NCBI GenBank assembly: GCA_973895155.1
Contig: OZ316897.1
Coordinates: forward strand, 7,368,470 to 7,432,469
From: Marsupella aquatica
Taxonomy: Eukaryota > Plantae > Marchantiophyta
Direction of reading: 5' to 3'
Length of the DNA: 64,000 nucleotides
The notes beneath the pieces were generated by a model, which saw only the letters and a program-made list of their open reading frames with translations, was not told where the DNA came from and ran no database searches. The first letter of the stretch is position 1. Each line of letters opens with the position of its first letter. The position numbers were made by a program, and so were the translations under genes. Below, one piece after another: positions 13,047 through 24,903 of the stretch.

Positions 13047-14318
13047 ACGAATTTAAGATTGAATTGACGTATAGGCAGTGAATGCCAAAGAGATTGAGAC
13101 GTGAACGAAATCCATGTTCTGCTATCGTGGAAGAGTGTCATCACCAAAGTTAGGAGATGAAGAGCTTCCGCTTAGAGGTGATACCATATTCTATCCAAAA
13201 TGCCCCGGAAACTCTCTTGAGAACTCTGGAGGCATTTGTTGGACCAAACTTAGCGGAAGACACTCTTCTCCCATCAGAGAAGGTGCCGCTAGGTGGAACT
13301 GTTGGTCATCAGATCGCTTCGGAGGGAGTAATAGGAATGGAGGTCACAAAGACACCATAAGTGGCAAGCGAATTTACCATAACATTGCGCGTGACGTATG
13401 GGTGTAAATTGCTGAGTTACTAGGTTTGTGTAGACGATGCCACCTATCCGATCCTTAGGAACATTAAGAATTAAGAATCTGAGGAATCATTATGTTAACT
13501 CTTGGGTTTTGAGCTTGAGAGGTAGAAATGGCATACATTGGTTATCTGTTACCTGGTGGGAAGATGAAAATTTACATTTAGTAATATTGAGGCTGAATGG
13601 TAGGATTACACAGGAGAGATATTTAGTCATTTCCATTCGGGAGTTAGCTGAAGGAATTATGCACTGTGAATTACATGGAAGATTAAGAAGGAGATAGATG
13701 CGTGAGTAGTTGAAGTCCTGGCTTAGCGAGCCACGTAGAGAAGAGATTTCTGCAGATAGGAAACGGCGAATTGGTTTGGACACCCTATTTTTGTGGACGC
13801 TGCCGGAAGAAGGAATTCACAACGGGACGCCGTCAGAAGCATCCGGCTAGATCCAGCCCGTAAGACTCCGAAAGGCGGGACGCTTTTAGAAGCGTCCGCA
13901 CCTAAGACGGGACGATGAGAGAAGCGTCCACTCGCCAGGGGGCGCTTTCAGAAGCATCTGGTGGAATCCGAGATGAACCAACGCGCAAGTCGGGATGCCT
14001 TCAAAGCATCCAGTTTGGGTTGCGACGCTTGTAGTGTGTCTCCCCGCGTCTCAACTGTGAGGACACGCCTGGAGTGACGCGGTCCTAAGATCTCGGCTGA
14101 GCACTAAGGGGAGTACCAGCTGAAGGAGCGAGATAGCAAGGCAAGGAATTATGAAGGGGATGTTGAACGAAGCTGTTGAGGGACGCCTCGAGAATGGAAG
14201 CGGGACGCACCTCCCGAACTAGAGAGACAGCATCGATTCCTAATCTGGGCCAACCACGAATAAGTCCGCTGAGAACGCTTCTTGGCTCTCAGTACCACAC
14301 CTGTTTGGAGGATGAGGT

Positions 14319-16637
14319 ATGTCTGAAGAAGATCCACCAAATAAGAAAAAACTTACCAGGACCTCCAGCAATTCGGATGCCACAAGATCAGCAGCAACTC
14401 CTCGAACATTGATACCCGAGTTGCAATCACCAGGAGCACCTGCACCTGGGAGTGTGTGGAAGCATGTAAGATCTATTCAAGAAGCAATACCAAGTGGCTC
14501 GGTGGGAAGTCCTACGTCATCACGACCTCTGTTTGTAAACCTTCGTTCAGGCCCAAAATTGGTTGGATCACGAAAGACCAGCCTCCACCAAAGGACTGGT
14601 CGTTCCTCAAGCCGAATTAACTCTGGAAAAGGGAGTGTAGTCGAAGAACCTTCCTCTCACATTTCCGAGAGCACAATTGCAGAATTGTTGTCCCAAGAGA
14701 AGCCTGACAACTTTCTGCAGTTGGATAATGCAGACTCACAGGGTGAAACTGGGGGTTCATCCTCCAGTGAGACAAGCAGCAACAGTTCAGGCTTAGGTAG
14801 ACCGAACCCTTTTGCTACACCGCTCAGTTTACCTTCTGCTACCCGCTCAACTCTACCCGTAGCTCCAGCCACGATGGCTCACAATAATGTGCGATACGAC
14901 CGGTTCTTTGGTACCTCCAAAGAGGATGCAAAGGTGTATTTAAAAGAGTTTGAGGCTGCAGCAGCATCCAATGGACAGAGCCAAGATGCTGAAAAGGCCA
15001 ATCTGTTTGGTGGATTGATGAAGAAGGGGGCTCAAAAATGGTATGACTATTTCCCGGACAAGCAGGATTGGGGAATATTGAAGGCTGCCTTCTTGGCCAA
15101 ATATAAAGAAGAGGGGGCAGCTGCGCGTGCCTTTGCTCGAATCTCGCATCTCCACATGAAAAAACATGGGTCTGTGAGGAAATACGTTGATAAATTATTG
15201 GATCTGGTAGATCAATATAACCCAGCAACCTCGAAGTCTACTATTAAAGACTGGTTTATCAATGGTTTACCCTCCAGGATTGCCCGTTATGTGAGAAGAG
15301 AAGGCGGCACAACTCTGGAAGAGGTACAAGAGGCAGCCCAGAAGTATGTGGACTCGGAAATTTCTGAGAGAAAGCGAGTTAAGAAGGATCTGAAGAAAGA
15401 CAAACGGAAGAAGAAGAAACGGGCAAGGTCTAAATCTGACTCAGAGGAAGAATCGAGTGAAAGCAGCACTAGTGAAGATGATGAGAGTACAAACTTGAGT
15501 ACCAGTGATAGTTCAAGCTCAAGTTCCGATTCAGAACCCACTGCCCCTAAAAAGAGGAAGGCCCCCACCAAGGTGAAGGGCAAAAGCCCCAACCAGAAGA
15601 AAATGGATCGCATGATGGAAGAACTCTCTGGCCAATTGTCCAAATTAAATGTCAATATCGTAGCCGTGAAACCCGTACGGAGGCTGCCACCTCCCATGAG
15701 AATGAATGTATGGTGTACCCGATGCAGCCAGCAGGGCCATTACCCGAATGAGTGTCCCACATTGCGACTTCCTGTGAATTACGTAGATGGTCAGGAGGAG
15801 GTTGAGGAGTATGAGTATGACCCCGCATATATTGTCCAAACAACACCCACCGGACAGTACTTTCCGCCAGCTCCACCTCCCATGGCAAATTGGGGACCGT
15901 CTAAGACCGCCTTCAATAGACCAGTACCAAGACCACCAATGGGACCACCGGGAGGATATCCACCTAGGGGAGTGCCGCGTCAAAAAGGGGCTTGCTGGAT
16001 TTGTGGGCAACCCGACCATTATTCTCCACAGTGTCCTTATCCTAAGCAAGAAGTGGGTTATACCCCTATTTGTGGAAACTGTGGGAAGGAAGGACACCTA
16101 CCCATGGAATGCCCAAATCCGGCTAAACCTAGACTGATGGTTCGATTTGCTCAAGAACCAGTTAAAGAAGCAAGTCGGCCTGAAGCTAAAGTCCGAATGG
16201 TTTATTCTGAAGAGGTGGAGCAGTGTAACTTTATTCAACATATGGATATAAATCGGGTGGAATTAAAGCCAGACTCCCTGTTTCACCAGCCCGTATCAGG
16301 GGTAGTGCCGGATGTTCTGGTGAGTCATTTGGTGAAACCTGAAGTAGTTGGTATGCCAAACGACCGAGTCCAGAATAGGGATAGAGTTCTGACTAATATC
16401 TTTGCAACTACTCATTCGAAGAAAAAGGAATCCAAGAAGCATGAGCATCAAAAGGTCTCGAAAGCTTCCAAGAATAATAAGCGCTTGCCATGTGAGGAAG
16501 GACTGCCAAAAGAAGACAACCCTGCTTATGATAGATATGATCCAAAGTACTTCTTACCAGATATCTCTTCGGAGGTGAAAGACCACCTGGAGGAGCTAGT
16601 CAAGGAGCAAGAGAGGCCCCAGATCCGCCATTGGTAG
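14319..16637 (+). CDS. Gypsy C Gag (772 aa ORF) with three CCHC zinc knuckles
   Basis: Open ORF; capsid-like core (YDRFFG...YLKEFE...AQKWY...WFINGLP); CTRCSQQGHYPNEC, CWICGQPDHYSPQC, CGNCGKEGHLPMEC. Confidence 0.9.
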   Translation: MSEEDPPNKKKLTRTSSNSDATRSAATPRTLIPELQSPGAPAPGSVWKHVRSIQEAIPSGSVGSPTSSRPLFVNLRSGPKLVGSRKTSLHQRTGRSSSRINSGKGSVVEEPSSHISESTIAELLSQEKPDNFLQLDNADSQGETGGSSSSETSSNSSGLGRPNPFATPLSLPSATRSTLPVAPATMAHNNVRYDRFFGTSKEDAKVYLKEFEAAAASNGQSQDAEKANLFGGLMKKGAQKWYDYFPDKQDWGILKAAFLAKYKEEGAAARAFARISHLHMKKHGSVRKYVDKLLDLVDQYNPATSKSTIKDWFINGLPSRIARYVRREGGTTLEEVQEAAQKYVDSEISERKRVKKDLKKDKRKKKKRARSKSDSEEESSESSTSEDDESTNLSTSDSSSSSSDSEPTAPKKRKAPTKVKGKSPNQKKMDRMMEELSGQLSKLNVNIVAVKPVRRLPPPMRMNVWCTRCSQQGHYPNECPTLRLPVNYVDGQEEVEEYEYDPAYIVQTTPTGQYFPPAPPPMANWGPSKTAFNRPVPRPPMGPPGGYPPRGVPRQKGACWICGQPDHYSPQCPYPKQEVGYTPICGNCGKEGHLPMECPNPAKPRLMVRFAQEPVKEASRPEAKVRMVYSEEVEQCNFIQHMDINRVELKPDSLFHQPVSGVVPDVLVSHLVKPEVVGMPNDRVQNRDRVLTNIFATTHSKKKESKKHEHQKVSKASKNNKRLPCEEGLPKEDNPAYDRYDPKYFLPDISSEVKDHLEELVKEQERPQIRHW

Positions 16638-19600
16638 TAGAAGCTAAGGCACCACTGAAAAATCCAGGTTATAATATTGTGGAAGATGTTAGGAATCATC
16701 CTGCTCGTATCACCATTGGGGAACTATTGCAGGATAACCCAATTTATCGACGGCAACTGAGAGGACTACTAGCAGGAAAACGAAGGAAGAAGAAATTACC
16801 TTCTGTAGATGTACTGCGAACGGAAGGGGAGGACAAAGGACCCATGGAAATTGAGGTCCAAATTCAGGGGTGTGTCATCAGGAGAGTTCCTGTGGATGGG
16901 GGAGCCAGTGTTAATCTGATTACTTAGCCCGTGGCGTTTAATCTGGGGTTCACCAAGTTTGAGCCCACACCAAAAATTTTGCGCATGGCAGATCAGTCTC
17001 GTGTTGTTCCGGTTGGGAAGTTGAGCCAAGTGGAAACTTTGATTGCTAGTGTTCCTTTTCTTTTGGACTATGTGGTCATTAATCCAGAAATACCTTCCAG
17101 CTTCCCTGTTCTGTTGGGCCGGCCTTGGTTATACAAAGCTCAAGTGCAAGTCAATTGGCAATCCCAAGAACTGTCATTTGGGAAGCCTAAGGTGACTGTT
17201 AGTTGGATTCCGGAACCACATTTTGGAGAAACACAAACGGATGATGGGTACACTTCGTATTTTTTGACCTCTTCGCTTGTCTTGCAGCCACTAGAATTCA
17301 AATTTGAGGAAGTTCGTTACTTGGAGGTTTTTCTATCAGACACCCCTATTACCGTGACCAGGCCCTCTTGACAATTAACTTCCACATCGGAATCTTGTTC
17401 AGCAGTAGCCAGCCCTCCTGTTACGAATGTCACTAAAGGCCCTAGCCATGGTATAGGAATGACGTCCACCCCTGGGCCATCTGAACCGGAAATATCCGAA
17501 CTTGAACTTCAGCCGGCAAATCTCATAGATGGAATTGTGGATTCTAAGGCGTGTCAGAAGGTCAAAATTGAGCCAAGAAAGTTTTTGAATATTGGTAAAC
17601 ACATCCAAGGGAAGCTGCGGGAACAGTATATCAGTTTATTGACCCAGTATAAAGATGTCTTCGCTTGGAGTCACTCCGACTTAAAAGGTATCCATCCACA
17701 TTTGGGAGAACATCGCATTGATCTCATGGAAGGAGCAGTATCGGTCCGTCAGAGGCAGTACCGTTTGAACCCCAAGTATTCCATTCTAGTCAAAGAAGAG
17801 CTAGACAAGCTCACCGCTGCTGGATTTATCTATCCGGCCTGAGTAGTGAATGGGTCTCACCAATAGTCATTGTTCCCAAGAAGCCAGGGCCAGATAGTAA
17901 AACGAAAATTTGAGTTTGTCAAGACTTTCAGAAACTGAACGCTGCCACTCGAAAAGATCATTATCCTTTGCCATTTATCGATTTGGTACTTGATTTGGTG
18001 GCTCTTCATGAGCTGTACAGTTTCTTAGATGGGTACTCTGGTTATAACCAGGTGTCCATACAAAAGGAAGACCGTGACAAGACTACGTTCACCACTGACT
18101 GGGGCACGTATGCATTTACCATGATGCCTTTTGGTCTGTGTAATGCCCCGGGTACCTTCTAGCACATTATGATGATTATTTTTCAGGAGTATTTGCGGCA
18201 TTTCATGGAGATTTTTATTGATGACTTCTGTGTTTATGGATTGGCTGCTGAACACATGGTGCATTTAGAAAAGACATTTCGGAAGTGTAGAGAGGCCCAG
18301 CTTTGTCTACACCCAAAAAAGTGTTTCATTGGCATGAAAGAGGGAATCTTGCTAGGCCATGTTATTTCGCAACGCGACATAGAAGTTGATAAGGATAAAG
18401 TTAGGGTGATTGTGGAGTTACAACCACCAGCTGATTTGAAGCAACTTCGTGCTTTCCTGGGGCACGTGGGATACTATCGTCGATTTATTTATAAGCATGC
18501 CGATATTGCTTTTCCCTTAACCCACTTGTTAAAAAACGATGTGGAATATGTGTGGAATGAGGATCGGTAGCAGGCATTCCAGTTGCTCAAAGATCGATTA
18601 ATCTCTGCACCTATTCTGTCACCCCCGGATTGGACTAAGAAGTTTCATGTCTTCATTGATTCTTCTGCCTTCTGTATTGGTGCTAATCTTAGTCAAAAAG
18701 ATCCTGAGAATCAGGATCACCCAATTTATTATGCCAGTCGCGAAATGAGTGCAGCAGAGAAAAATTACTCAGTCACGGAACGTGAAGCTCTTGCTATTGT
18801 GTTTGCTTGCAAGAAGTTTTGGCACTATTTACTGGGGTATCAGATGATATTTCACACTGATCATAATTTCTTGAAGTACTTGGTTAACCAAGTGGATCTC
18901 TCAGGACGAGTAGCACGATGGGTTTTATTACTCCAGGAATTCGATTATGAAGTTCAGGTACAACCTGGCAAGCATCATGAAAATGCCGATTTCTTATCTC
19001 GCTTACCCGGGCCAGAGAATCAGCATAATCTTTCTGATGAATTCCCAGATGAGCATTTGTGGCACATTGAAGGAGAGTCTTCACGGTATTTCGATATTGT
19101 ACACATGTTGATTCATGGTAGTTTTCCTGAAGGCCTTAATGTGGAAGAACGAGCGGTTTTTGCACATAAGGTGGGGCCTTATACTATCATTCATGGCACT
19201 TTGTTTAAACAAGGTCCTGATCAGAGGATGCAACGATGTCTGGAGAACAGGGAACTCCCACAAGTAATTGAAGCTTTACATTCTGGAGAAACAGGTGGCC
19301 ATTATGTTGTCAATACTACTATAAAGAAAATTTTGGATGTTGGGTACTGGTGGCCTACCATGCATAGAGATACTTACAACTTTATTAAGACGTGTGACCC
19401 CTGTCAAAGAATAGGCAAACCCATTGCTAGTTCCAAATGGCCTCTTACGCCCATCCTGCCTTTGGCACCATTTGAGAAATGGGGTATTGATTTTATTGGC
19501 CCAATTTCACCAACAGCTCGGAAAATCCGAAGTAAATACATTATTCTGGCCACTGATTATGCCACCAAATGGGTGGAGGCTAAAGCTACTCGCAAGAATG

Positions 19601-20343
19601 ATGCTACAACAGCGGCTGCCTTTCTCTTTGAGCACATTATTACTCAGTTCGGGTGTCCTTTGGAGTTGGTAAGCGATAGGGGTTTGCATTTTCTTAACTC
19701 AACTATTGAGTTAATTACTGACACATATCTTATCAAGCATCGCAAAACTACTCCTTACAACCCCAGAGCTAATGGCTTAACGGAAAGAGCTAATGGCATT
19801 ATGGGCAAGATCCTGAATAAGATGGTGGAGTCTCACAAGACAGACTGGGATGTGAAGTTACATTCTGCATTATGGGCTTACCGTACTGCCGAGAAAATTA
19901 CAACCCTTCACACTCCCTTCTACGTGACTTATGGCCTGGATAGTATTATTCCTATTGAATTCTCCTTCCCGACAGAACGACTCTTGGTATCCAACCGTCT
20001 CTCTCCAGCGGCTAGTCTCCCACATAGGTTTTCTGATATTGTCAAATTAGAAGAAGTTTGACTTTTAGCGTTAGACCATACAACTACAATTCAGAACAAG
20101 CGTAAGCTTGTTTATGATAAAAAGCTGCGAGTCATGAATTTAGATGTTGGCGATTTAGCATTAGTCTTTGATTCCCGTTATATGTTATTTCCTGGGAAAC
20201 TCCATACCCATTGGATTGGTCCTTATCGAGTTACCCAAATCTGGGCTAACGGTTCGGTGTCCTTGACTACCTTAGACGGTCACCCACTTGACACCCGAAT
20301 CAATGGATTCCGGGTTAAGCGATATCATGAGTCTCCTATTTAG
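16631..20343 (+). pseudogene. Gypsy C pol (PR-RT-RNase H-INT), interrupted by stops and a frameshift
   Basis: PR VPVDGGASVN...LLGRPWL; RT FLDGYSGYNQ, MPFGLCNAP, FIDDF; RH FIDSS, EREALA, TDH; INT HHCC zinc domain, WGIDF, SDRG, NGLTER, C-terminal GPY motif. Confidence 0.95.
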
Positions 20344-20367
20344 TGTTTCACCTGGGACAGGTCGTAG

Positions 20368-20383
20368 TTTAAGTGGAGGGCGG
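20368..20383 (+). promoter_or_regulatory. Internal polypurine tract (PPT1) after pol
   Basis: TTTAAGTGGAGGGC is shared with the terminal PPT at ~23506-23519 next to the 3' LTR. Confidence 0.8.
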
Positions 20384-20562
20384 TAGGTAGTTTGTACTTA
20401 ATTAGAATCAGCATTCCCTCCCCCTTCACAAGTGTTCAGAATTTTAGTTTTTGCACTGGACGTTGCGAGAAGCGTCCACCCTAAAACTTAGTCTTGATGG
20501 GACGATGCGAGAAGCATCCACTTCTAGGCACGGCTAGAGAAGCGTCCTTCACGATTGACGTG

Positions 20563-23445
20563 ATGGTGGAGTCCGAACTTACGACGCGACCAATACTCGC
20601 AATTATCCCGTCGAATATGGTGGACCGCCAACAATTGAGGATGAATCTTGCATTGATGGGCCTGAAGAAATTACTTCGCTTCCCTTGGAGGATGTGCGAG
20701 TTCAGCCTCATCGATCAAGGTGTGTGGGACGCTGAGGAAGGAATCGGTGTCCGCTCGCGTCCAAGTGTTTGGACTGAAGCGCTCATAGCGGGAGTCTACT
20801 CGACACCGACAACGGGCAAGGATTTGCAGAGGATTGATGGAGAGCCCCGAGCTTATATAGAATCTTTCTTTGATCCTGAATCCTTTAAGAGGCGAAATGG
20901 TTGGGTAACCGCGGACTGTTTAGTTACCTCTTTGCAGCATCTTTTTTGATTTCTGTCACCAATTTTCATTCCAGAGAGTCAGACACACATTACCCTTTCT
21001 TTCGTTGCCACCGTTATCTCTTCATTAGAACAGAAGCAGACCATCAATTGGACGAAGATCTTATATAGGGTAATTCATACTCAGGTAAAGAACTTTCGTA
21101 GCAGGTTGCAAGCTGGAAAGTTGAGATTTACCAACTTGACTCCCTATCTAGCTCACATTTATCACAAGCATAAATGTCTGCTCCTCTCAGAGAAAGTCTT
21201 CTATCGTACCCATCGGAGCGCATCTACCTGTGAAGCAAATGAGTTACCGGAAGTACGAGAAGTCCGATCCAGTTCAACACTGGTGGCGTTATGCGAACTC
21301 CTCACTTGCGAAGAATCTGAGCTGGTAAATGAAGTTCGGAGACTGAAAGAGACAAGAGAACCAGTTGGCGGAAAAGACGAGCCAATTCTTTCCCACCCAT
21401 CAGAGGATCAAGATCTCGATCAGGACAATTCTGCTTTTAGAGCGAATGACGAAGACAGGATGGATGTGGATGAAGAAAGCTTACCAGGAGAATCTCCTCA
21501 ACAATATACTACTGCAACGGATGGGTATGATAAAACTTGACAGAACCCTGCTTCACCACCCATGGAAATGAGTAATAATGCTTTAAAAGCTTTACATGAG
21601 TATAATTCGGAAGATTCTCGTAGTCCCTCCCCAAGCCTAGATGTGGTTCCTCTTGTACAACAATCAGTGGAACCTCCGGCGGTATTATGCACGGAGCTCG
21701 TAAAGTTGTTTAAGGCTGATTTAGAGGACAAAATAGTAGATGTAGAAGGAGTAGCTGAACAACCGACCCCACCTAATTTTGTCACGCCATTTCCTATGTG
21801 GCCGACCCCCGAAACTAGGATAACAGTTGCTCTGATTATGTTTGAGGAGTTAGCAGAAGCATTGGCGAGAAAAGGACCTCCTCCACTCCCATCTGTTGAT
21901 TGGGTTTCTCCAGCTTACCTTCTAGAGGAGAGATTGCTTGAGTCTCAACATAGTCAACAAACCACTCCATCTCTCGGGCCTTCAAGCAATTTAGGGCTAC
22001 CTAAGACCAAGAGTGTATCTCCACCCATACCTTTGTCTGGAACACCTGATTTGGCATTTAGCTCTGCATCAGCTTCTATCTTACTAGATTCAAGCAGAGA
22101 TAAGGGTATTCGGATATCACTTGGAGATGAGAGTTCACTTATTACGGAGCAATTTCAAGTAACATATACTCAAAGACCTCGGAAAAGGTTGCGTCGTGTA
22201 AGAAATCAACAGATCTTTCATGAGGCGAATTCACCGGATTTTGAGCAGCTGGAGCCAATCAACACGACAATGGGGAATTTTTCTCCACCTCCTGCATCTT
22301 CGTCTCCTATTGTACTATCATGTTGGCCTACTAGGGAGTTGGTGATACCTTCTTCGAACCCAGACATTATTTTTCGTTGGAAAGGAGCTCCAAGCGATGG
22401 AGAGGAAGATGAAGATCCTCGTATTATCAGAGTACCTCCCAGACTTTGGCACACAGTGGTACTACCATCCCTGATTCCTATACCTAACCTTGCTTCAATT
22501 CATAAGTGGGAGAAGAAAGATTTTCGGATAGATTTTTGGCATTTAGAGATGGAGAGTATATTTGAACAACAGCAGATTTTGGCAAGTACATATCATCCAA
22601 GCATTCGTTCTTTGATTTGTACATATAAACCTAGTAGGGCAGTTTCTCCAATTGACAAGGAGAGACGACATAAGTTTTCGGAGTTTGAAATTTGGTGTTG
22701 GGTGTATATGCTCCGCCGAACTGAAGCCCCTTTTCCGCCAATTGCTCCTGAATTCCTTGGCCATACCAATACTCTGTTTGGGTCTGCCATGAAGGGTATA
22801 TTGTTCCGCATAAGTACGAGAAAGAGCTTGTTAAGCTACGAGAATAGTTGATACGGAATAAGGCTATGAACTCTCTGCTCAAGGGTATAAGTCACTTAGG
22901 AGACTAGTAAGGTTACCTACTCCTCCTTTATGGCCGGACGTTGTCACTCAAGGGTTGTTGAGCAGATAGCAGATTTGTAACCACTTCATGTATAAGATTT
23001 GAAAGGGCGTTTATTCCCTGGAGTATAAACGGATCTGATTGAAGTACTGAGCAACACTTATTCTGTTTGAGTCACCATGTGGACCGTAAAAGCTACTATG
23101 GATTGCTGTGATTCTCTCTCCCGCGCATTTCAGTATTCTCTTTAAGGGGAGATTAAATTGGAAGGACACACTATTCAGCACTTTGTTATTGACCCAGGCT
23201 CTGGAATAAATTTACTATCCCACAGACTGTTTCATCAATTAGTTCGCCAACACGTTTAGCCCATAAGTGCTCAAATCTCAATCGATGGACGATTAATTCA
23301 ACTTTGGGGCAGAGTAGAACAAGTGTCATTACAAATTGGAGAAGAATTTTATGACCTCGATTTTTATATTGTGAACCCCAATGACAGCCATATTCCATCA
23401 ATGGTCTTGAGTACCACTTGGATTCCCAAACCAGAAGATTTTTGA
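20563..23445 (+). pseudogene. Gypsy C extra (post-pol) ORF, ~960 codons in frame +1, with a C-terminal retropepsin-like domain
   Basis: ORF pieces 20494-20949, 21106-21540, 21562-22851 and the 23146-23445 segment are all in frame +1, separated only by in-frame stops. The last segment reads VIDPGSGINLL...DLDFYIVNP...MVLSTTWI. Confidence 0.75.
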
Positions 23446-23521
23446 TGAAGAACCCAGCACTGGTCTTTAATCAAAGCGTGGTTATCTTGTGCGGACACGG
23501 CAAAATTTAAGTGGAGGGCTA

Positions 23522-24770
23522 TGTGGAATGGCGGTCTCTACCATTTGTGTTGGAAGACGGTTTATTTTTGACATTTTTCAAGCATTTGTTCTATTCTGGA
23601 CGCTAAATAGAAGCGACTGCCCTCATCGACCATTTCTCGACCGACGCTTACAGAAGCGTCCGCTCTTACCCGGTGATTTACCCTCGATGCTTTCAGTAGC
23701 GTCGACTATTCCCGAGTACTTTAACTCACGATGCCTTCTAAAAGCGTCCACTCTGACTCGACGCTCAGATGCGTCCATCCACACTTGACGCTTTTAGAAG
23801 CGTCCCTCATTTTCTGATACTTAGATTTAGCTTTCGAAATAGATTACAAATATAGTAGTATTTTCCCGACCTCTAAGTACTTATGCTGTACTTTCCTCAT
23901 ACTTAGTTCAAGTTCAACAGGCATAGCTTTTCATATTTCCTTCATTTTAGGACCTTAACACTTAATAAGACAGAGTAGGATGCTCATTTGAACCAAAGAG
24001 AGAGAGTCATAGATAACACTATATTCAGAATTGGATATTCTGAATAGTTCCTCCTCCTTCCATTATAACAAGGCATGTTGAGAGTGCGTTGTATGGAAGT
24101 AAAGCAGCATTTGTTTGAAGTTGTGATTGAATCTCATAAATTCTTGTGGTAATTGAATTCAGTTACAGACTTCTGAGGATCGTATTGAATTCACTGCTAG
24201 GCTTGCTTGTAGAGTCAAGAATCGCTAGCAAATTCAAGAGTAGTTGTTGATAAATGAGAAGTGAAATTGGATTCTCAGAGTATTCAGTACCGTTGCTTGT
24301 TTCTGGAATATGACTTAGAGTTTGACTGAATTGGGCAATGCTGATGTCAAACCGCGTTGACGGCATTTTAAGGCATATCATTACATTTGCAACCAGAAAG
24401 CTGCTTTGTTTATCAGATTGAGAACTTCATCTCTGTACAATTTTGTATCTTCAGAAGAAAGATTGATGAGTTGAGAGATTTTAGGCATGTTTATATTGAG
24501 ACCAAGTCCTTTCTGAAGGTGTGGCAATAATTTACTAGAGTCTCGGAGACTGGAATCATTTCCTTTCTAGTCTGTAAATCTGAAGTTAAGTTACTTTTAT
24601 ATTTTGTTTACTTTATTTTGTTGAGAAGTAAGAAAAGTGTAGAGCTGTGAGTTCTACATCACTCAAAATGATGAAAATTATTCAATTCATACCAAAATAC
24701 GTTCTTTAAGGGATCAGAACCTCGGTTTTAAGTGAGAAATTACACTTTTAATACTTATTGCTATACGACA
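23522..24770 (+). repeat. Gypsy C 3' LTR
   Basis: Preceded by PPT AAGTGGAGGG; matches the 5' LTR; followed by TSD AGTGC. Confidence 0.97.
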
Positions 24771-24903
24771 AGTGCAGTAAAGCTCATATGTGTTCCCGTG
24801 GATGTAGCCTCATGTGGAGGTGAACCACATATCTCTCTGTGTTGACTCTTGTGCGTTGGATGGTTCATGGGCTTGCCATTGCGATTGTCGTCTATACTCA
24901 ACA

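Larger units (their letters stand above)
11775..24770 (+). mobile_element. Full-length Athila-like Ty3/gypsy retrotransposon (Gypsy C), ~13.0 kb
   Basis: LTRs 11775-13022 and 23522-24770 (TGTGG...CGACA); perfect 5-bp TSD AGTGC (11770-11774 and 24771-24775); tRNA-Asp-type PBS; gag-PR-RT-RH-INT; extra ORF between two PPTs. Confidence 0.97.
6547..24903 (+). mobile_element. Ty1/copia LTR retrotransposon (Copia A), decayed; 3' LTR split by Gypsy C
   Basis: 5' LTR TGTT...AACA 6547-6889; PBS TGGTATAAGAGC 6892-6903; PR/INT/RT/RH fragments 8130-11340 (YKARLVAKGFTQ, LYVDDML, YVDADYA); PPT AAGGAGGAGA 11547-11556; 3' LTR 11558-11774 plus 24776-24903. Flanks GCTTA/ACTTA (4/5 TSD). Confidence 0.95.

Noticed and set aside
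13100-14300. Short ORFs in the Gypsy C leader as a 5' extra ORF
   Set aside because: Fragmented in all frames with no recognisable motif
16541-16637. Gag/pol overlap in the -1 frame as a programmed ribosomal frameshift
   Set aside because: No clear X XXY YYZ slippery heptamer seen, and pol has other lesions; a single-base deletion is the simpler explanation
22600-23140. Possible Ulp1/C48 protease domain in the extra ORF
   Set aside because: Only a vague resemblance; no recognisable His-Trp, Asp or Gln..Cys catalytic motifs
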